Of a stretch of DNA of 64,000 bases, positions 1-8,711 are shown piece after piece (the stretch's first letter is position 1; every line of letters begins with the position of its first letter). The stretch is taken from the NCBI GenBank assembly GCA_030429765.1, contig JAUIER010000001.1, forward strand, positions 1,014 through 65,013. Direction: 5' to 3'. The stretch comes from a bacterium (GTDB lineage: Bacteria > Omnitrophota > Gorgyraeia > Zapsychrales > Zapsychraceae). The notes below the pieces were generated by a model that made no database searches, was not told the DNA's origin, and saw nothing but the letters and a program-made list of their open reading frames with translations. The position numbers and the translations under genes are program-made.

Positions 1-3000
1 AATGAAGGGAATCAAGGATATTACGTCGATCGAACCAATATCATGGGGCAGAACGGTACGCCAAAGTCCGGTCGTGAGGTATTTGTTGATACCACCACCA
101 GCATGGCCGAGTTCTTCCAACGACGAGCCCAGCGAAACGGAAAGCCGATTCGACTGGTGATTAAGCCGGGCATCGGTGGTCAACACACGCCGTTTCAGGG
201 TATCGCGGATGTATTCCAGGTCGTTGTTCCCGAGACCGGAGAAGTCGTTGGGGAATACGAACTAGGCAAAAATTATGAAGAGTCTATCAACAACGCCTTG
301 CAGCAATTGGGAGCGACATGGGATCAGGTTGCCGTTATTCCAAGCTCCAAGTCAGGTTCTACCGATGAGACGATGATGATCTTTGTTGATGTCCTCAAAG
401 CCGGATTGAAAAATGTGGCGAATATGCGGGGGATTGACGGAGAAATTTTTGCGGATGCGACGATCAACTATTTAAATCGTATCAACATTGTCGATGGACA
501 AGAAGTTGCCGGAGAGGATCTCTTCAAAGATTTTGATTTCGACACGCTGGTTTCCGAGATATCTGCCAGAGATTCTAGAGTCAATGCTCAGGTTTCAATG
601 GCCGTTTTTCGGACCGTTTTAGGGAATATGTTTTTCGAGACGACGGATCGACCGGAGGCATCAAGACTGTCGGCGTTTATCCGAAATTCCGGATTGGATC
701 AGGTGTTGGGTGAAGACGCGCCGGGGTTTGGCGCAATGTTCGATAATGTCGGCGGACGCTGGACGGGTGATCTGCATATGATGGCGTTCCTCGCCTTCAA
801 CAATCTTAACCCGAATGAATATTGGCAAACCCGCTACGAGGGCATTCAGTCGGTGAGAAACGGGACACACACGGGTGTTGTCTTGGCCGACAAAATTGTC
901 AATGAACGGATTCAGAAGATCGCGCTGGTTGTTCCCGACGAGTATTTCTGGGCGGCCAAGGGGACGGAGCAGAATTTCAATGAAAGTATCTGGCAGGAAG
1001 GATTTGCTAACCTGCGAGCGATTAAGGCCAGCAATTGGACGGCGCAGCAGCAATACTACACCGGACCGGGCGCGCTGGTTGTTAACGCGTCAGACCTGGC
1101 AATTGACCAGGGCTACAATGTCTACAATATCGACCGCGTCAATCAGTCAGCAGGGGCACAAACGTTGGCGAATGAGTTTGGAAGATTGTTCACCACATTT
1201 TACGGGATGACGTATACGACCGGAAACCGGTTGATCGCCCGTGCCGTAAACCAGGCGGGTTATGGAACGGAAGATATTGATGTCAACGACCTTAATAATC
1301 CGGCGACACAGATACTTCAGGAAAATTTGTATCTCAGACAACCTTATGTGGAGTTAGGAAAGGGTTTGCTGGAGGCGCGTCTCAAAGAATTACAGACACG
1401 TCAGCAGGCGTGGAGTCAGGCCGGTGCCACAGGAACAAGTCCGGTTCGCCAGTCAGAAGTTGAAATGTCGACTCAAGCCCAGCAGCGACAGGTCACCACA
1501 AATGTGCCGGGTATCAGTCTGAATCGCGTTGAAAACGCGCAGCAAATGGCGGATACCATTACGGCGGCCAGAGTCTATGCTGCGCAAACGGATCGTACAT
1601 TTGTGCCGTTCCTTTATGTAGGCGGTAATGAATACGTTGACCTGCGTGAATCCCTGGTGGACATGGGGGTTGAATGGGTCATGCAGGGAACAGGTGATCA
1701 GCATATCAGCTATCAGCAGGTGTTGGCCAACCCGGATCAATATCTGCCGTTTTTCGTGTCTTTTGTGCCGGCGGCGGACCAGTTCCAGGAAGGAACACCG
1801 GCCATCGGATTTGCGAAGTCTTATTTGGATCGCATCAGTCCGAATGTAGTTAGGGATTATTTTGCCCAGGCATCGTTTGAGGCGTTGACAGATCTTCGAC
1901 GGGATCAAGGCGGTTTAGGTGTTTTCATGCGAACCACGGAAAGCCCGGAACGGGTGGCGGAAGTCAAAGAAGCCTTTCGGCAAAGTTTTGCCCAAGCCTT
2001 GGATGAAGGATCCGATATGGCGATGTTAGCCATTACAACCGAAGAATTGGTTGAACTGGTTTATGAGATCAATGAAATCCTACAGATTTTGACAAATAGT
2101 CGAACTAATTTCCAAGACATCATCACAGAAGCCTTTATCCAATCGGATTCTAATGCCCTGGAGATGAGGGCGAATGAAGGTCGATTACCGGATACATACA
2201 CCGTCGATGCCGAGGTCTTTGTAGAAACCTTGAGTGACGGGATTGATATGGATGTCTCGCGAATCATAGGAGCATTCCTGATTCCTTTTAATTCGCCCCG
2301 GGTCATTCAGATTGGATTGGCCGCGGCCGGTTTAAGCCGAGATAACGCCGGATTCGAGCAGCAGGTCCTGGAAGCGGGTGTTGGCCGGCTGGCCTTGAGG
2401 ACCATATCCGATATGGGATTGAGAAAAGAGATTGCCCGATCGTCAAATCCGGTTGTGTACAGCCGGGCCCAAAGCGTTGACGGAGACCGGCCGGTTTTGG
2501 TTATGGACGGTGAGAATTTAATTAACTTCGCCGCAGGTCTGAATGAACTGGCGATGGCGCTTGCCGGCACAGATGTCAGCCGGTTTGACGCGGTATTGGA
2601 GTCTATTGCCGGTCAGGTGGGCAATTCAATTGAGCTCACGAGCGTATACCAGACGGATATGCTGCAGTTATTGCGAAATTTAGCGCGCAATTTAAATGAA
2701 GATGTCGATCGGCTGCAGGATGCGTTGGGATTGGCCTCGAATGCCGCGATCTACCGGGAGTTTGGTGATGTAGATTTGGGGGCGGACACCCCGCCGGCTG
2801 CGGTTATTTCTTTGGCTCCAGTTCAGCCAATTGAACAACCAGTCGATGCGGCGCAAACGTCCGATGACTTCAGAAAAGGGGGGATTGATTTGAACCCCGA
2901 ACTATTGGATCTGCAGATTAAGCGGGATACAGATGGTGTGCCGCTGCCTATTCAGCAGCAGCCGATAGAGAACATGAATATTGACGGATTTTTACCTGTT

Positions 3001-3144
3001 ATCATCAATGTCACACCGATAACAAATTTACCGCTGCTATTGGGTATGGCGGACGGCGAGGCGCTTCCGCAGGAGTTGAGCCTCGAACTCAGTCCAGCCG
3101 ACCACAAGGCCCGGTTAGATGTAGCACATGACGTAGTATCATAA
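1..3144 (+). CDS. 3' part of a large multidomain protein (5'-truncated by window edge): divergent glucose-6-phosphate isomerase-like domain + unknown domain + C-terminal GGIDLN motif
   Basis: Frame has no stop from base 1 (NEGNQGYYVDRTNI precedes the ATG at 43). PGI-like motifs: GIGGQ, SSKSGSTDET, NVGGRW, EQNFNES, QPYVELGK, GTGDQH. C-terminal KGGIDLNPELLDLQIKRD...GFLPVIINVTP. Confidence 0.7.
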   Translation, partial: NEGNQGYYVDRTNIMGQNGTPKSGREVFVDTTTSMAEFFQRRAQRNGKPIRLVIKPGIGGQHTPFQGIADVFQVVVPETGEVVGEYELGKNYEESINNALQQLGATWDQVAVIPSSKSGSTDETMMIFVDVLKAGLKNVANMRGIDGEIFADATINYLNRINIVDGQEVAGEDLFKDFDFDTLVSEISARDSRVNAQVSMAVFRTVLGNMFFETTDRPEASRLSAFIRNSGLDQVLGEDAPGFGAMFDNVGGRWTGDLHMMAFLAFNNLNPNEYWQTRYEGIQSVRNGTHTGVVLADKIVNERIQKIALVVPDEYFWAAKGTEQNFNESIWQEGFANLRAIKASNWTAQQQYYTGPGALVVNASDLAIDQGYNVYNIDRVNQSAGAQTLANEFGRLFTTFYGMTYTTGNRLIARAVNQAGYGTEDIDVNDLNNPATQILQENLYLRQPYVELGKGLLEARLKELQTRQQAWSQAGATGTSPVRQSEVEMSTQAQQRQVTTNVPGISLNRVENAQQMADTITAARVYAAQTDRTFVPFLYVGGNEYVDLRESLVDMGVEWVMQGTGDQHISYQQVLANPDQYLPFFVSFVPAADQFQEGTPAIGFAKSYLDRISPNVVRDYFAQASFEALTDLRRDQGGLGVFMRTTESPERVAEVKEAFRQSFAQALDEGSDMAMLAITTEELVELVYEINEILQILTNSRTNFQDIITEAFIQSDSNALEMRANEGRLPDTYTVDAEVFVETLSDGIDMDVSRIIGAFLIPFNSPRVIQIGLAAAGLSRDNAGFEQQVLEAGVGRLALRTISDMGLRKEIARSSNPVVYSRAQSVDGDRPVLVMDGENLINFAAGLNELAMALAGTDVSRFDAVLESIAGQVGNSIELTSVYQTDMLQLLRNLARNLNEDVDRLQDALGLASNAAIYREFGDVDLGADTPPAAVISLAPVQPIEQPVDAAQTSDDFRKGGIDLNPELLDLQIKRDTDGVPLPIQQQPIENMNIDGFLPVIINVTPITNLPLLLGMADGEALPQELSLELSPADHKARLDVAHDVVS

Positions 3145-3213
3145 AGACGTCTGCAGCTGATGGGGCACCAGATTGTCCATATCGGCTGTTTGTTCCGATT
3201 CCCCAATCGACAA

Positions 3214-3282
3214 TGTCGAAACAGGGGACACAAACTAGATTCTATGTGCAGAAAATAGGGCGATGTCCCCTGTTTTTTGACA
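3214..3282. repeat. Inverted repeat (12-bp perfect core, 33-nt spacer), possible terminator or REP-like element
   Basis: AAACAGGGGACA (3219-3230) pairs with TGTCCCCTGTTT (3264-3275) and is followed by a T-run; it lies just downstream of the large ORF. Confidence 0.55.
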
Positions 3283-3455
3283 ATCCGACCTTCCTTTAAG
3301 CTAAATTTTGCTGGCTTACCGTACCAAATCATATATAATAATACTGTTATAGTTAAAGATTCTTACATCAGATCAAATAATTCTGGCATGCATGGACTTA
3401 CGTCCGAATTCCACCGCCGGAGTTTGATCTCAAATCCTACATAATAGATACCAAA

Positions 3456-4523
3456 ATGGTCAACATTGGACTGATCGGCTGCGGATATTGGGGGCCGAAT
3501 TTGCTGCGTAATTTCATGGATTGTCAGGACGCGACCGTGTCGATGGTGGCTGAACTTGATCCTGAACGGATCGAATATATCCAGCAAAAGTATCCGGGTA
3601 TCAAGACCACACGCGACTATCATGATTTGTTCGGTGATGCGGTTGACGCGGTCGTTATTGCCACACAACCCGCCACGCATTTTGCGTTTGCCAAAGAGGC
3701 CTTAGAGCACGATAAGCATGTGCTCGTCGAGAAACCATTGGCCAAATCAATCCTGGAGGCTGAAGAACTCGTACGGATCGCCCGGCAGCGCGATCTCAAG
3801 TTGATGGTCGGTCATACATTTGAATACAATGAGGCCGTCCGGGAGCTTAAACGGCAGATCCAGCAGGGAACCGTCGGCAAGCCGTATTATCTGTATTCTC
3901 AACGGCTGAATTTCGGTATTGTCCGCAAGGATGTCAATGCGCTATGGAATCTGGCCCCGCATGATGTCTCTATATTGATCCATTTGCTTGAAACCATGCC
4001 CGAGGCGGTGAGCTGCCGCGGGTATGATTTTATTCAACCGGGCATCGACGATGTAATCTTTATGGTGCTGCATTTTCCCAACAATATCATTGCCCACGTT
4101 CAGGTCAGCTGGCTGGACCCGAGCAAAGTCCGCAAAATGACTGTCGTCGGCAGCGATAAAATGATCATATATAACGATATGGATGATCACAAGATCCAGA
4201 TTTATGACAAGGGGATAAAGGTCCAGAATATGGATGAATCGCTGGGACCGTACGATGATTTTGGAAAATATCAGCTGATCAAGCAGGCCGGTGATGTGAG
4301 TTTTCCCAAAATAGATTTTAAAGAACCCCTCAAGGCCGAGTGTGACGATTTCGTAAACAGTATTGTTAACGATACTCAACCGCTGGCCAACGGTGAGAAT
4401 GGTCTGCGTGTCGTGCGGGTGTTGCAAACCGCGCAGGCCTCTATGAACTTAAATGGAGTGACGCTCGACGTGAGAAAAGGATCTCCCGAACCCAAACGGC
4501 CGACGATGGCCACACAATTCTAA
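3456..4523 (+). CDS. Gfo/Idh/MocA family oxidoreductase (WbpB/WlbA-like nucleotide-sugar 3-dehydrogenase)
   Basis: N-terminal IGLIGCGYWG Rossmann motif, VEKP, LWNLAPHD; adjacent to a DegT aminotransferase. Confidence 0.85.
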   Translation: MVNIGLIGCGYWGPNLLRNFMDCQDATVSMVAELDPERIEYIQQKYPGIKTTRDYHDLFGDAVDAVVIATQPATHFAFAKEALEHDKHVLVEKPLAKSILEAEELVRIARQRDLKLMVGHTFEYNEAVRELKRQIQQGTVGKPYYLYSQRLNFGIVRKDVNALWNLAPHDVSILIHLLETMPEAVSCRGYDFIQPGIDDVIFMVLHFPNNIIAHVQVSWLDPSKVRKMTVVGSDKMIIYNDMDDHKIQIYDKGIKVQNMDESLGPYDDFGKYQLIKQAGDVSFPKIDFKEPLKAECDDFVNSIVNDTQPLANGENGLRVVRVLQTAQASMNLNGVTLDVRKGSPEPKRPTMATQF

Positions 4524-4528
4524 ATATC

Positions 4529-5647
4529 ATGATCCCACTAGTAGATTTAAGACGACAGTATCAAAGTATCAAAGATGAAGTGCACACGGCCGTCAATGAA
4601 GCCATCGAAAGCATGGCCTTCATCAACGGACCGCAGATTAAACAATTTGAACGGGACTTCGCACGGATCTCGGGCGCCAAATTCGGCGTCGGTGCCAGTT
4701 CCGGAACCACCGCGTTACAATTGGCTTTAACGGGACTGGGCATTGGTCACGGCGATGAGGTGATCACGGTACCCAACACATTCATCGCGACCACCGAAGC
4801 CATCACGCATAGCGGCGCGCGGGTTGTGTTTGTTGATATCGACGAGCAAACGTACAATATCGATGCGTCCAAGATTGAGGCCGCCATTACGGATAAGACC
4901 CGGGCGATTATCGCGGTCCACCTGTATGGGCAGCCGTGTGATATTGAAGGGGTGTTGGCGGTGGCGCGAAAGCATGATCTCAAGGTGATTTTTGACGCGG
5001 CGCAGGCGCATCTGGCTGAGTATGATGGTAATCCAATCGGCGGGTATGGCGACGCGGTCTGCTATAGTTTCTATCCCGGGAAAAATCTGGGGGCGTACGG
5101 GGACGGAGGTATTGTCCTGACAAACGATGAAGATTTGGCCAAGCGGATGGAGATGCTGGCCGATCACGGGCGCGAAGAAAAGTACGCGCATTTGATGGAA
5201 GGGTTTAATTACCGGCTGTCAGAGATTCAGGCCGCCATTCTGAATGTCAAACTCAAGTATTTACCCGAGTGGACCAAGTCGCGGCAGATGCTCGCCCGGG
5301 AATACGGAAGATTGCTGCAAAGTATGGATGTAGTTTTACCGTATGTCGACGAGAAAATGAGCCATGTGTTTCATTTGTTTGTTGTTCGGCTGCAGCATCG
5401 TGATGAGATAAAATCATATTTAAATGATAAGGGCATCGGTGCTGGAATACACTATCCGATCACCCTTCACACACAGAAGGCGTATAGCTATATGAACCAC
5501 GCGCCGGATGATTTTCCTGTGGCTGAAAGATGCTCCAAGGAAATCCTGTCATTGCCGATGTTTCCTGAATTAACAATCGAGGACCTGCAGTTGATCGTCC
5601 GGGAGCTGGCATCCGCCCAGGACAAATCCAGAACGCAATATGTATAG
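4529..5647 (+). CDS. DegT/DnrJ/EryC1/StrS family PLP aminotransferase (WbpE-like)
   Basis: MIPLVDL start, SSGTTAL, DAAQAH, SFYPGKNLGAYGDGG (PLP lysine), LSLPMFP. Confidence 0.93.
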   Translation: MIPLVDLRRQYQSIKDEVHTAVNEAIESMAFINGPQIKQFERDFARISGAKFGVGASSGTTALQLALTGLGIGHGDEVITVPNTFIATTEAITHSGARVVFVDIDEQTYNIDASKIEAAITDKTRAIIAVHLYGQPCDIEGVLAVARKHDLKVIFDAAQAHLAEYDGNPIGGYGDAVCYSFYPGKNLGAYGDGGIVLTNDEDLAKRMEMLADHGREEKYAHLMEGFNYRLSEIQAAILNVKLKYLPEWTKSRQMLAREYGRLLQSMDVVLPYVDEKMSHVFHLFVVRLQHRDEIKSYLNDKGIGAGIHYPITLHTQKAYSYMNHAPDDFPVAERCSKEILSLPMFPELTIEDLQLIVRELASAQDKSRTQYV

Positions 5648-6584
5648 AGACAAGAAAATTGCGCTGGTGATTCCCGCGTACAATGAATCCCGACTGATTC
5701 AGCCTACCCTGAAGAATGTTCCCGAAGTGATTGATAAGATTTACGTGGTCGATGACTGCAGTACGGACAATATGACCAGTGTTGTCCAGTCGTTGGCTAA
5801 GGAAGATCCGCGCATCGAGCTTATTGAACATGAAGAAAATCAAGGGCCGGGCGGCGCGATTATCACCGGCTATCGGGCGTCTTCGAGAGATAACTATGAT
5901 ATCGCCGTTGTCGTCGGGGGAGATTATCAAATGCCTCTCGACGAAGTCCACGCGTTTCTTGATCCGTTGATCGATAAACAAGCGGACTACACCAAAGGTA
6001 ACCGATTTTTTGTCTGGGACAAGACACGTTCCAAGATGCCCAAGATCCGGATCTTCGGAAACATTATCATCACTGCCATGACCAAGATCGCGTCGGGTTA
6101 CTACAAGATCATGGATGTCGTCGACGGATATACCGCCATTACCAAACAGGCGATTGATATTGTCGACTGGGATATTGCCTGGAAGCGCTACGGTTATCCC
6201 ATGGATTTCCTGATCAGACTAAACGCGTACGGACAGAAGGTCAAAGATATTCCACGTACGCCGATTTATCTGGAAGGCGAGCGGCAATCGCAGATCAAGG
6301 GATTGCGTTATGCCATACGCGTGGCGCCGATGCTGATCCGCGGATTTTTCTGGCGCATGTTTTTCCGATATATCTACCTGGACTTTCATCCGCTGGTCTT
6401 GTTTTTTATCTGCGGGATTCTGCTGTTCCCCTTCGGCGTGGCCTTAGGATTTGAATTGATCTACCGGGAGTTCTTTGCCGGCGGAGCGACAGGGCCCAAG
6501 GCGATACTCTGTGCGTTGTCTATTATCACGGGGCTGCAGTTCTTATTGTTCGGTATGTGGTTCGATATGGAGATGAGCAAGTAA
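5640..6584 (+). CDS. Glycosyltransferase family 2 with C-terminal TM helices (polyprenol-phosphate glycosyltransferase-like)
   Basis: VIPAYNE, VDDCSTD, NQGPGGA, GNRF; two hydrophobic C-terminal helices. Confidence 0.85.
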   Translation: MYRDKKIALVIPAYNESRLIQPTLKNVPEVIDKIYVVDDCSTDNMTSVVQSLAKEDPRIELIEHEENQGPGGAIITGYRASSRDNYDIAVVVGGDYQMPLDEVHAFLDPLIDKQADYTKGNRFFVWDKTRSKMPKIRIFGNIIITAMTKIASGYYKIMDVVDGYTAITKQAIDIVDWDIAWKRYGYPMDFLIRLNAYGQKVKDIPRTPIYLEGERQSQIKGLRYAIRVAPMLIRGFFWRMFFRYIYLDFHPLVLFFICGILLFPFGVALGFELIYREFFAGGATGPKAILCALSIITGLQFLLFGMWFDMEMSK

Positions 6585-6612
6585 TCCGACGGCTATCCGG
6601 AAAGTATCATTT

Positions 6613-7653
6613 ATGCGAATTGTAGTTGATATAGGACATCCCGCCCACGTTCACTTCTTTAAAAATTTTATCCACGAATACCGCCGACGGGGACATGAGA
6701 TCATGTTAACCACGACGGATAAGGACATCGCCCTCGAGCTGCTTAATGATTATGGATTTGAATACACGCTCCTGGGACGCACGGGCAAGTCTCTGTTACG
6801 TAAAGTACTGAGTATCCCGATCCTGGATTGGCGTCTTTATCAAGCCGTCAGACGGTTCAAACCGGACCTCTTTATGGGATTGGGATCTATCCGTTGCGCC
6901 CATATCGCTCGGCTGACGGGTAAGCGCTCCATCATCTTCAATGATACCGAGGCGACGATCAAAGAACATATCCTTTATTACCCGTTCGCCGATCGCGTGG
7001 TTTCACCGAGATGTTTCGGCCGGGATTTCGGTAAAAAACATATCCGTTATGACGGCTATCATGAACTGGCTTATCTGCATCCGGATCGCTTCACGCCGGA
7101 TCCCACCGTTCTGCAGGAATTGAATATTTCACCTGATGAAAAAATATTTATCGTTCGCTTTATTTCGTGGGAGGCCACCCATGATATTGGACAGCGGGGA
7201 TTTACCGATGAAGGCAAGAGACGGTTGATCAATGCGCTCGATCAGCATGGACGGGTGATTATCACCTCTGAAGGATCATTGCCGGACGACCTTCAGAAAT
7301 TCCAAATGCGGATCAGTCCGACCCGCATGCATGATGTGCTCGCGCATGCCACGATGTGTATCGGCGAGGGGGCGACAATGGCCTCGGAGGCCGTTGTGCT
7401 GGGGATTCCGGTTGTTTTCTTAAGTACATTGGTACACAATTATCTGCATGAACAGGCGGATGAATATCAGTTGATGCATATCTTCAATGAGCAGGAAGGA
7501 GCGATCCGTAAAGTCGAAGAGCTTTTGCAAGTGCCTAATCTGCGCGAACAATGGCAGTCTCGACGAGAACGGATGTTGGCCGACAAGGTCGATGTCACGG
7601 CGTTTATGCTGGACTTTGTGGATCAGTTTGCACGAGAGTTGATCAAGTCATGA
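6613..7653 (+). CDS. DUF354-like protein (putative GT-B fold glycosyltransferase)
   Basis: MRIVVDIGHPAHVHFFK, YDGYHELAYLHP, GEGATMASEAVVLGIP are typical of this family. Confidence 0.8.
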   Translation: MRIVVDIGHPAHVHFFKNFIHEYRRRGHEIMLTTTDKDIALELLNDYGFEYTLLGRTGKSLLRKVLSIPILDWRLYQAVRRFKPDLFMGLGSIRCAHIARLTGKRSIIFNDTEATIKEHILYYPFADRVVSPRCFGRDFGKKHIRYDGYHELAYLHPDRFTPDPTVLQELNISPDEKIFIVRFISWEATHDIGQRGFTDEGKRRLINALDQHGRVIITSEGSLPDDLQKFQMRISPTRMHDVLAHATMCIGEGATMASEAVVLGIPVVFLSTLVHNYLHEQADEYQLMHIFNEQEGAIRKVEELLQVPNLREQWQSRRERMLADKVDVTAFMLDFVDQFARELIKS

Positions 7654-8711
7654 AATTATTGATCGCAGCGCGGCTTAATTCGGAATATAAATTACGGACG
7701 ACCCTCGAGCCGATTCTGCAATTATCGATGATCGATCAGGTGTATCTGGTGCGGCGATATCCGATCGAGCTGCCCAAGACCATCTGCTATAGCCCGCCGG
7801 TTCTACTTCGCAAATCTATCCTTACGACCGAACTCTACCGTGTATGGAAGATCATGATGCTTTGTCTGTTCAAACGGCCGGACGGACTCATGGGGATTCA
7901 CTTTATCTTTCATTGCGTCTATACCGCGCTGGCGAAAATGATCTTCCGTATCCCTTTGATTATGCTGATCATCGAAAGCCCGGATAAATACCGACAGCAT
8001 CCTGTTTTCAATTTTCTGATGAGACGGGCGGATCTGGTGGGGGTGAGAGGGAATAATTCCCTGAAGTTTTTATCGAACACCGCGAAGGTCGACGAACCCC
8101 GCATATTTGTTACACCCGATGTTCATCGCTTTCAGAATCCCGAAGAGATCAAGGAAGCGGAAAAAAATTATGATTTGGTCTTTGTCGGATATTACACCAA
8201 GGCCAAGCGTATCGATATTCTGCTGGAGGTGGTTGACCGGATCCGGCAGCAAAAACCGGATGTGAGTCTGGCCCTCGTCGGAGATGGCCCCCTACATGAT
8301 TCGGTGGTGGAAAAGATTGACCAATTGGGATTGCATGACAATGTGGACCGGTTGGGGCATGTCAAAAGCATCTATCCTTATCTGAAAAGTTCGCGGATTT
8401 TTATCATGACGTCCCAGACAGAAGGATTGCCAACGGTGCTGCTGGAGGCCCTGGGGTTTGGATTGCCGTTCGTGGTGCCGGATGTAGGCGATGTCCGGGA
8501 CCTGGCGATCGACGATTACAACGCGATTGTGGTTGAAAAATTGGATGTCGACGCATTTGCCGCCGCCTGTCTCAAACTATTAGAGGATGATGAATATTAC
8601 CAAACGGTTCACGCCAATGCCTGCGCGTTTCGGGATGAACTAAAAGACCGCCATCGGTTTGAGTCGGTCCAGCGGCTGTGGGAAGAAAAGCTGAAGGTGA
8701 CGCTTCAATGA
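7650..8711 (+). CDS. Glycosyltransferase family 4 (GT-B)
   Basis: Start moved to ATG 7650 (ATGA overlap with upstream stop); KRID, VGDGPL, SQTEGLPTVLLEAL (EX7E motif). Confidence 0.85.
   Translation: MKLLIAARLNSEYKLRTTLEPILQLSMIDQVYLVRRYPIELPKTICYSPPVLLRKSILTTELYRVWKIMMLCLFKRPDGLMGIHFIFHCVYTALAKMIFRIPLIMLIIESPDKYRQHPVFNFLMRRADLVGVRGNNSLKFLSNTAKVDEPRIFVTPDVHRFQNPEEIKEAEKNYDLVFVGYYTKAKRIDILLEVVDRIRQQKPDVSLALVGDGPLHDSVVEKIDQLGLHDNVDRLGHVKSIYPYLKSSRIFIMTSQTEGLPTVLLEALGFGLPFVVPDVGDVRDLAIDDYNAIVVEKLDVDAFAAACLKLLEDDEYYQTVHANACAFRDELKDRHRFESVQRLWEEKLKVTLQ

Noticed and set aside
43-45. ATG 43 as the start of the first ORF
   Set aside because: The frame is open back to base 1, so the gene probably begins upstream of the window.
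3456-5647. Oxidoreductase + aminotransferase as GnnA/GnnB for diamino lipid A
   Set aside because: They are not linked to the lpx genes and share an operon with an N-acetyltransferase and glycosyltransferases. Not fully excluded without phylogeny.
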